Shown: piece after piece, positions 49,442-57,048 of the stretch
Numbering within the stretch: the stretch's first letter is position 1
Layout of the letters: each line of letters starts with the position of its first letter
NCBI GenBank assembly: GCA_965208325.1
Contig: OZ242326.1
Span: forward strand, 32,001 to 96,000
DNA: 64,000 nucleotides
Origin: Candidatus Poribacteria bacterium
GTDB taxonomy: Bacteria > Poribacteria > WGA-4E > PCPOR2b
Direction of reading: 5' to 3'
Position numbers and translations under genes: made by a program
Notes under the pieces: generated by a model
Databases searched by the model: none
Told to the model about the DNA's origin: nothing
Seen by the model: only the letters and a program-made list of their open reading frames with translations

Positions 49442-49545
49442 TTAATCGCAGCAAAACCTGTACTTTAGCCCCAGCGGGGCGGCAGGTATATAGAAAACAC
49501 AGTAACCCAATCCCCAAAGCCCCAGATGAGAATCAACCGACCGAA

Positions 49546-50460
49546 TAGAGAGGGATCAACTGAGCGGATAGCGAAGGCGATAGTCTTCTCAAGTTATTAT
49601 AGTTCTTGTAGGTTGGGTAGAGCGGATTCATCCAAAAACATCCATGAAAACGAACCGCCCTGTCAACCGCAACACGTACAAAATTCGAGGCTTGTAGCGA
49701 AACCCAACGCTTTTAAAACCTCACCCATCCCAATTGATTACCAAACACCAACACCGCTGCTAATCCCGGACAACCCTTTTTCCATGAACCTACCCCCAAT
49801 GGTTAAACAATCATGCTTGTCCAATAAGGTGTAAGTGCTAGGAAATCCGGCTACGCTTCATAACCGAATGATCATGTGCGCTCTTAATCATCGCCCATCA
49901 TTCAATCAAAAAAATCACAGTTCAGACAGTTCTTGTAGGTTGGGATTAATTCAGCGCCTAGATCAACCGACTGTATAAGGCGCGCAATAGCGTTTTTGCA
50001 ATCTCAATTCCCCTCCTTACCAAGGAGGGGATAGGGGAGGTTATAGGACGGATCAGCTCAGCGCACAAGGAGTGCAATAGTCTTGGTTCTTAAAGTTCGA
50101 ATCTCGCCGTGGAACCTACTCCCGAAAATCTCGAATCCACCCCCGTCGGAGCGATCTCCGAATCGCGAAACATACCCTCATAATCACAGTCCATTCATTT
50201 AATCATATAAATCACAGTTCAGACAGTTTTTGTAGGTTGGGTAGAGCGGATACACCGAAACATGCCCATTATAACGAACCGCTCTGTAAGCTGAATGTAT
50301 GCAAGATACGCTGGATGCAGCGAAACCCAACGCTTTTATAACCTCCGCCCCTCCAAAAACGTCGGGTTTCAGTGAAGACTATGAGTAAATTATCGCTCTC
50401 CCTGCTCGGTCGGTTGATCCGTCGCTATTCGCTCAGTTGTTCGTTCTACAAAACCTACAA
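49546..50460. repeat. Dense cluster of REP/MITE-like repeats
   Basis: ~115-bp imperfect direct repeats at 49607-49722 and 50231-50345 (TGTAGGTTGGGTAGAGCGGA...GCGAAACCCAAC); AAATCACAGTTCAGACAGTT at 49912 and 50209; CCCCTCCTT-ACC-AAGGAGGGG hairpin; CAACTGAGCG(G/A)ATAGCGA copies shared with 105-135. Confidence 0.8.
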
Positions 50461-50681
50461 AACCCACCATTTTCTGATTGCGAATTCCCCCTTTTTGGGT
50501 TATTATTCTGGCAGACATTTATTCATGACTCCCCTGCAAGAGACACTCGGCCTGGTGGTCAATTAACACTTGGCTTGGGTGTTGCGGTTCCTCTACTCAA
50601 CGTGAGCATCCCAGTGGAGCCATGATGCCGAAAATCGCTAACCGCTAGTAACTGAACAATACGTCTAGGCGATCAAGAACA

Positions 50682-53600
50682 ATGGCAAATAAAAAACCAC
50701 GAAAACGACGCAAAAAAGCAAACCTGCAAGCAAACCCCAAGCGGCAAGCATACGATCCGCTAAGGGGATACCGCTATCAAATATTGCACAGCGTACACGC
50801 TTGGTTGGGCCTTTCTGAAGATCAGGACCTCTATCTGGAATGTGCGGGAGATTTTGACACGATATCAGATGATGTTGCTACGGCAGTGCAGGTCAAAGAC
50901 ACGAAACACAACATCACGCTCAGATCTCAAGAAGTAACTGATGCAATCAACAACTATTGGAAATTGCGAGCGGACAACCCCGATAGGCGTGTGAAATTCC
51001 GTCTTCTCACACGATCCAAGATAGGCACGGAACGCGGAAACCCGTTTGGAGAGGGTAAATCGGGGCTTCACGTGTGGGGTCGCTGTGCAGACGATGAAGC
51101 AACTATCACGGAACTCTCTAAATTTCTGCAGTCAGATGAAAAAATTACAGATGACGTGAAGAACTTTCTAAAAAAATCAGATTCCAAAGAAATCTACGAA
51201 AAGCTCATTGAACCTATTTCTTGGGAAACGGGCAGCAAACCCGCTAGTTATGTTGAGCAATCTATACATGACAAACTAGTTCTTCACGGGAATCAACTCG
51301 GTTTCTTACCTTCTGAAGCCAAAAAAGTTGTTGATCCGCTAATCCAAGAAGCTTGGAAGGTAGCAACGCAAAAGGCAAACCGCGTTCTCACCAAAACCCG
51401 ATTCCTCGAAATTTTCGAGAAACAGACTACACAAATAGTCTCGACCCAGTATTTGCGGCATCTGCAAATGCAGGTCGCTACCATGAGTAATGTTGGCACT
51501 CCCTTTATAGGTGACCCAACTGATATATCAATTCAATCTCACTCTTCTATACTGAAAACAATACCGCCGCTCTATCCTGATGTAACTTCAAGAACCAGTT
51601 TGCTTGCAAGCATTCATGCTAAACTTCTTTCAGAGGGGATAGTTGTCATTCACGGCGGAGCAGGAAGAGGAAAGACAACACTCGCAAAATTAACCGCAAA
51701 GGAGACAAGCGAATCATGGTTTTGGCTGAATCTAACTAATAGAGAGCCGTCTCAAGTAGTCCACCATTTACAACAACTCACTATTGAAATCAGTAATCAA
51801 CCCACACCAGTCAACATCGCCCTTGACGATCTGAATTTACAACCCCAGCAGTTACGGAGGTATGAAGAAATCTTGGGAGTAGTGGTTTATAGAGTGTTTG
51901 AGCGTGGTGCAAAAGTGCTGATTTCAAGCCAACATGAACCCCACGACAATCTCACCCGCCAACTCGGTGTATCACGGTCAGTGGCTGTTGATGTGGGTGA
52001 CTTTTCGCTATCTGAAATTGAGCAATTTGCAAAACAGTTGGGGTGTCCTGCTGAAGACGCAAAAAAATGTGCACAGGTAGTCCTGTGGCATACAAGTGGA
52101 CATCCGAGACTTGTACACGCTCGACTCGCTCGACTACGGCAAGATAACTGGACTCGACCAGATATAATCGAAAGCATGGTGCAAACACCCGGAGAGGTAT
52201 TGGACGAACGGGAAGCCGCGCGACAATTGCTCGTAGAGTTGCCAGACGATCAACAGGAATTTCTCTATAGACTTAGCTTGTTGCCTATGCCTTTCCGGAG
52301 AGATTGCGCGCTCTACATCGGCGAGATAACAAAACCTATCCCTTTTTCAGGAAATATTTTCAGTCAACTAGTCGGTCCTTGGATAGATCAAATTCATAAA
52401 ACCTACTACACAATTTCACCTTTATTGACTAATGCGGCCAAGCAGATTTGGCCAGAAAAAAAGATAAACGACCTTCACGCTCAAATCGCAGAGGCAATCC
52501 TCGAATCGACAGATCTGACCAAAATAGAAGCACGGGCTGTGCTCTATCATAGTATGCTCGGACAGAACGAGCTAGGCTTTTTTGTTGTGATTCAGGCATT
52601 GATGACCGCTCCAGAGCACCATTGGAAAGAACTTAGCCATGAATTCTCGTGGTTGATACATCTTAAAACTGATTCTCGCGGAATGTTATTTCTTCAGAAT
52701 CCCGTTGTGAATAATCTCTTTCGCTCACTCCAACATCGTATTGCGGTTGAGGTCGAACCAGAGGCTGCACCAAAGATACTTGAAAATTGGGATAAGAAAG
52801 TTGTGCCATACGAGCCGGACCATTTGTATCACCTAGATCGCCTAATGCTGGCACAGCAGGCATTGACGTATGGCCAATCGTCACTTTCAGCCAAAAAGAT
52901 AGTAGGCTATCTCAAAGAGATTATCGAAATTACAAAAAAACATAAAGAATTCTTAGAATCAGATGATGATTCGACGGGAAAGCTTAAAGGATATAAAACC
53001 GATAAATCTAACTTTTTCAGCCTTCTAGTTGGCTTTATTTGTGCTCGTCGTCCAATTTACGCTCCGTTTCTCAGCAGCCTTATTGGCGAGTTGGATGAAC
53101 TTCAACCGGAAAGTCGGACTTTATTATTGGCTGATTTCGAGGATGATACCATTCACTCTCGAGTTCTCATGGATGGTATATGGGAATCGGAGGCGAACCG
53201 CGAAAATCCGGATTGGACAAGATGTTTTCAGGTATTAGACAAAGCAATTGAACGAACTATCGCTTGGGGTTATCCCCATCTCGCTGCTGCATCAGCAAGG
53301 TGTAAAGCCATGATCCATGATGAATGCTTACATGATGCCGATACGGCCCATAAAATTCTTCAGGATATAATATTAAAAGTGGGGCAATTTCCGGTGCTAG
53401 AAGAAGCAATAGCAGCCATATATTTGAATCAGGGACGCTATAAGGAAGCACTCAATATTTATGAGCGAATTCTTCCCGACTGGAATCCACCGTCGGGACA
53501 GTTGGATGTTATGCCTCCAGAAGGTTGTCGTCGCGCCGCAATTTGCGCCGCAAATTTGGGCGATTGGGGTAAAGCCGCCGCCTTTTTTGTAGATGGAGCT

Positions 53601-54959
53601 AATAGAACTCGTGAGAACACCGAAAGACATATCGGGTTTTATGCGGATGCGGGATATGCGCAATTCAAGGCCGGTTATTTCCTAGATAGCATAAGTCTAT
53701 TGAAACGGGCGTTGCAAACATTTGAGATACTTCAGCAAAACAATGGACATGACAGGTATTTTACTATAAAGCGACGTTTAGCGTACACTTTGAAATGGAT
53801 GACAGAGCAAGAGGGTGAATTTAGATCCTCAGAACTTGTAGAACCCCCGGTGGGTTTCTGCACCAATCCGGAGACAGATGAAGGTGTTTCATCTCTGCCT
53901 GATTTTTCAATCGCGTACGCTTGGCTTTATCTAGCGCAGATTGAATACAACTTTGGTCATGGAACAGAGGCTTTAGAGCACGCCGTGGACGTCATGGACG
54001 GTGATGAATGTCCCAACTTAGATTTCATTCGCGCTTTCGCGGAAACACAAAAAGATTTTAGAAACAAAACCTTTGATGAACTGCCACAACGAATAAATCA
54101 ACTAGTGATTGCGTGTGACTTAGTACAGAGTCATATCAAGAGTGCGAAGGGACTTGAAGAACAACGAGACAAAAATTTGCCTAGTGTAAATCCTCCCAAT
54201 TTCGCTTCTGTTGCGAACATCACCACTATGTTAGTAGCCGCACTGCTTGTTCAAATGTGGACTAACTCAGGTATGCATAGTGTTCTAGCAACATGGCGTA
54301 GAAATTCAGCGGAACTACCCATCCAAGAAAACATGTTCAGTGTTCTCGATCTGATTGAATCCATGTTATCCAGAGACCAAAAGCACGCGTTGGATGTAAT
54401 GAGAACGCAAGGAGCCAAATATGAAAAACGGCTTGTGGCAACATTAAAGATTCTCAATAGTAACAAAACGAGCCCGGAAATTCTCTTCCATGCACATGTG
54501 CTCATCACGACAGCTTTCATTGGTCAGCTGTATGAAGGATATGTCATCCAGGACTTAGCTGAATCTCTTTCTGCACAATGGCTAGAAAAAACTAGAGCGC
54601 CCGGAATTTTGCAAATGCCAAGGATTACGGTCCCTGAGATAGAACGTGCTTGCAAGGGGAGTGAGTCTGCGAAGAAAAAAATTGGCAAAATTCTCCTCGC
54701 CGCACAACAAGCTGTCTCAATAAGGGTGTCGACTGAAACCGTACAGCAGTTTCGTAATTGGGCAGAATCGGAATCAAGCGCGAAACAGGAACCGAAAACA
54801 GCAAAAAATCCGATAGCACAACGCCTAATCCGCGCGATGGAAAAACCGCCGCATCTCACCCATGAAGACGTTGAAACGCTGCGTCAATCAATCGAAGAAG
54901 GTAAAATTCCTGTAAAATTCGACTCGCCTTTTGAGCCGGATGAATCTGAAAAGCAATGA
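50682..54959 (+). CDS. Avs-like antiviral protein: N-terminal PD-(D/E)xK nuclease (Cap4-like), STAND NTPase and helical/TPR region
   Basis: LRGYRYQ..LYLECAGDF..AVQVK nuclease motif, GGAGRGKT Walker A, IALDDL Walker B, TSGHPRLV (GxP) and TPR-like helices (YKEALNIYERIL). Confidence 0.75.
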   Translation: MANKKPRKRRKKANLQANPKRQAYDPLRGYRYQILHSVHAWLGLSEDQDLYLECAGDFDTISDDVATAVQVKDTKHNITLRSQEVTDAINNYWKLRADNPDRRVKFRLLTRSKIGTERGNPFGEGKSGLHVWGRCADDEATITELSKFLQSDEKITDDVKNFLKKSDSKEIYEKLIEPISWETGSKPASYVEQSIHDKLVLHGNQLGFLPSEAKKVVDPLIQEAWKVATQKANRVLTKTRFLEIFEKQTTQIVSTQYLRHLQMQVATMSNVGTPFIGDPTDISIQSHSSILKTIPPLYPDVTSRTSLLASIHAKLLSEGIVVIHGGAGRGKTTLAKLTAKETSESWFWLNLTNREPSQVVHHLQQLTIEISNQPTPVNIALDDLNLQPQQLRRYEEILGVVVYRVFERGAKVLISSQHEPHDNLTRQLGVSRSVAVDVGDFSLSEIEQFAKQLGCPAEDAKKCAQVVLWHTSGHPRLVHARLARLRQDNWTRPDIIESMVQTPGEVLDEREAARQLLVELPDDQQEFLYRLSLLPMPFRRDCALYIGEITKPIPFSGNIFSQLVGPWIDQIHKTYYTISPLLTNAAKQIWPEKKINDLHAQIAEAILESTDLTKIEARAVLYHSMLGQNELGFFVVIQALMTAPEHHWKELSHEFSWLIHLKTDSRGMLFLQNPVVNNLFRSLQHRIAVEVEPEAAPKILENWDKKVVPYEPDHLYHLDRLMLAQQALTYGQSSLSAKKIVGYLKEIIEITKKHKEFLESDDDSTGKLKGYKTDKSNFFSLLVGFICARRPIYAPFLSSLIGELDELQPESRTLLLADFEDDTIHSRVLMDGIWESEANRENPDWTRCFQVLDKAIERTIAWGYPHLAAASARCKAMIHDECLHDADTAHKILQDIILKVGQFPVLEEAIAAIYLNQGRYKEALNIYERILPDWNPPSGQLDVMPPEGCRRAAICAANLGDWGKAAAFFVDGANRTRENTERHIGFYADAGYAQFKAGYFLDSISLLKRALQTFEILQQNNGHDRYFTIKRRLAYTLKWMTEQEGEFRSSELVEPPVGFCTNPETDEGVSSLPDFSIAYAWLYLAQIEYNFGHGTEALEHAVDVMDGDECPNLDFIRAFAETQKDFRNKTFDELPQRINQLVIACDLVQSHIKSAKGLEEQRDKNLPSVNPPNFASVANITTMLVAALLVQMWTNSGMHSVLATWRRNSAELPIQENMFSVLDLIESMLSRDQKHALDVMRTQGAKYEKRLVATLKILNSNKTSPEILFHAHVLITTAFIGQLYEGYVIQDLAESLSAQWLEKTRAPGILQMPRITVPEIERACKGSESAKKKIGKILLAAQQAVSIRVSTETVQQFRNWAESESSAKQEPKTAKNPIAQRLIRAMEKPPHLTHEDVETLRQSIEEGKIPVKFDSPFEPDESEKQ

Positions 54960-55372
54960 ATAAGTATCTTCTGCAGACATCTACGTGCAGCGCTTTGATG
55001 GAAGATTCCCCGGCAGTTATCAAGCGTTTGAATTCTCTAACCGAGGCGGACTATCTATTTACTTGCCCGATCGTAAAAGAAGAGATTTTATACGGAATTA
55101 TTCGCCTCCCTGCAGGAAAAAGACAACGAGATCTGCAACAAAAGGCAAATGAACTGTTTGCTCAAATTCCCTGTGAACCAATCCCAGATAATGTTGCCGA
55201 TTTCTATGCAAAGATAAAAGCTGCGGCTGAACGACAAGGAACGCCATTAGATGAATGTGACCTTTGGATTGCTGCGACAGCTCTTGCGCTTGACACAATT
55301 CTGGTTACTTCTGATTCCGACTATGGAAGAATAGCGGGGCTAGGATTGCGCCTGGAAAATTGGGTCATTTAA
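54956..55372 (+). CDS. PIN-domain (VapC-like) protein
   Basis: YLLQTST..., IVKEEILYG, DLWIAATA, LVTSDSDY and LENW motifs; ATGA overlap with the upstream gene. Confidence 0.88.
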   Translation: MNKYLLQTSTCSALMEDSPAVIKRLNSLTEADYLFTCPIVKEEILYGIIRLPAGKRQRDLQQKANELFAQIPCEPIPDNVADFYAKIKAAAERQGTPLDECDLWIAATALALDTILVTSDSDYGRIAGLGLRLENWVI

Positions 55373-55422
55373 CATACAGCTAACTGCTAACCAATAGCCA
55401 CTGCCCTCAAGGAGTTTTACCA

Positions 55423-57036
55423 ATGCCCACACTCGATTTCAAAGGAAAACAACACATCTACGCCCACCATCTCACTGTCCCCTACCAGCCGCTTGAACCA
55501 GACGAGTCTCGCTCTTGCAACCCGAACGGAACCGACGACAATCTAATCATCCACGGCGATAACCTAAAGGCGCTCAAAGCCCTGTTTCCCCGCTACGCGA
55601 ATCGAGTCAAGTGTATCTACATTGATCCGCCCTACAATACCGGCAATGAGGCCTGGGTATATAACGACAACGTAAACAGCCCGCTAATGCAGCAGTGGCT
55701 CGGGGAGATTACCCCTGTTGACAACGAAGACCTTGAACGGCATGAGAAATGGCTTTGTATGATTTGGCCACGGTTACACCTGCTCAAAGAGTTGCTTGCC
55801 GAAGATGGAGTAATTTTTGTCTCAATCGACGACAACGAGCAACACCATCTGCGAATGCTAATGGATGAAATTTTCGGGGAAAAGAATTTTGTTGCTAACA
55901 TCGTGTGGCACCACCGGAAATCCAGCCAGAATGATATAGACGTTTCTCTTTCCCATAACCACATACTTTGCTATGCGCTTGAAAGGTCTTCCTTTTCTTT
56001 CAACGCTGGCGACATTGATGAAAGCAAATTCTCCAATCCTGATAACGATCCTCGTGGTCCATGGGTAGCAGATCCAATGGACGCACCCAATATCAGGGAA
56101 AACTTGACATACGAAATCATCAATCCCAACACGGGTAAAGTTTATCTTCCTCCCGCTGGCAGATGTTGGAGATTTTCAAAAGAGAGATACGATGATGCAT
56201 TAAAAGAAAGTCGAATTTTGTTTGGACGGCGAGGGACTTCTAAACCCCAATATAAGCGTTTTCTCAGTGAAGCCCGCGAAAGGGGAGTCAACATCTTTAC
56301 AATATGGAGCGATGTAGGGACAGCTACCGATGGCACAAAGGAATTTAATCGTATTTTTGGACGCGAACAATCTTTTGCAACCCCAAAACCGACCGATTTA
56401 ATTGCAAAAATAATTAGGGTATCCACATCGAAAGATGACATTGTTCTCGACTCTTTTGCCGGCAGCGGGACAACCGCACACGCTGTTCTAGAATTGAACA
56501 AAGAAGATGGCGGTAACCGCAAATTCGTCCTCGTTGAATGCGAAGATTACTCCGACACCATCACTGCCGAGCGGGTACGCCGTGTCATCAACGGTGTTTC
56601 AAACGCCCGCAACGCATCACTACGTGAAGGATTAGGCGGCTCTTTCACCTACTGTACGTTGGGTGAACCGATGAATATGGAAGGGATGCTCACCGGTGAC
56701 GCGCTGCCTGCGTTTGAATCCCTCGCTGCTTATCTGCTGCACACCGCCTCTGGAGTTACATGTGGCGCCGGTCAGTTGACCCCGAAAAACGATGATGGCC
56801 TATTTCACACGGGAGACAGAACCGACTACTATATGCTCTACAAACCCGATTTAGAATTCCTGCGCAGTAATGAGTCAATGCTCACCCAAGATCGGGCGGA
56901 ACGCATACGGGACGCCAGTTGCCACAATGGTAAAAAGGCAACCGTTTATGCTCCGGGCAAATACATTAGCCAGAAAGATCTTACACCCATGGGAATTACA
57001 TTCTGCCAAATTCCGCATGCCTTGCACGAAAGATAA
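55423..57036 (+). CDS. mod: Type III restriction-modification DNA methyltransferase (Mod)
   Basis: IIHGDNL, IYIDPPYNTG, SIDDNE, TPKP and LDSFAGSGTT motifs. Confidence 0.92.
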   Translation: MPTLDFKGKQHIYAHHLTVPYQPLEPDESRSCNPNGTDDNLIIHGDNLKALKALFPRYANRVKCIYIDPPYNTGNEAWVYNDNVNSPLMQQWLGEITPVDNEDLERHEKWLCMIWPRLHLLKELLAEDGVIFVSIDDNEQHHLRMLMDEIFGEKNFVANIVWHHRKSSQNDIDVSLSHNHILCYALERSSFSFNAGDIDESKFSNPDNDPRGPWVADPMDAPNIRENLTYEIINPNTGKVYLPPAGRCWRFSKERYDDALKESRILFGRRGTSKPQYKRFLSEARERGVNIFTIWSDVGTATDGTKEFNRIFGREQSFATPKPTDLIAKIIRVSTSKDDIVLDSFAGSGTTAHAVLELNKEDGGNRKFVLVECEDYSDTITAERVRRVINGVSNARNASLREGLGGSFTYCTLGEPMNMEGMLTGDALPAFESLAAYLLHTASGVTCGAGQLTPKNDDGLFHTGDRTDYYMLYKPDLEFLRSNESMLTQDRAERIRDASCHNGKKATVYAPGKYISQKDLTPMGITFCQIPHALHER

Positions 57037-57048
57037 AGTGATGCTGCC

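Larger units (their letters stand above)
47385..49548 (+). mobile_element. Candidate mobile element carrying a tandem DUF1670-like gene pair
   Basis: 15-bp direct repeat AATCAACCGACCGAA at 47385-47399 and 49531-49545; bipartite inverted repeats at 47408-47442 and 49406-49441; two overlapping paralogous ORFs inside. Confidence 0.65.

Noticed and set aside
49546..50460. Possible CRISPR array
   Set aside because: Repeats vary in length, orientation and spacing; there is no constant repeat-spacer period and no cas gene.
49117..50625. Short ORFs at 49117, 49335, 49526, 50372 and 50437
   Set aside because: They overlap inverted repeats or REP elements and look like translated repeats.
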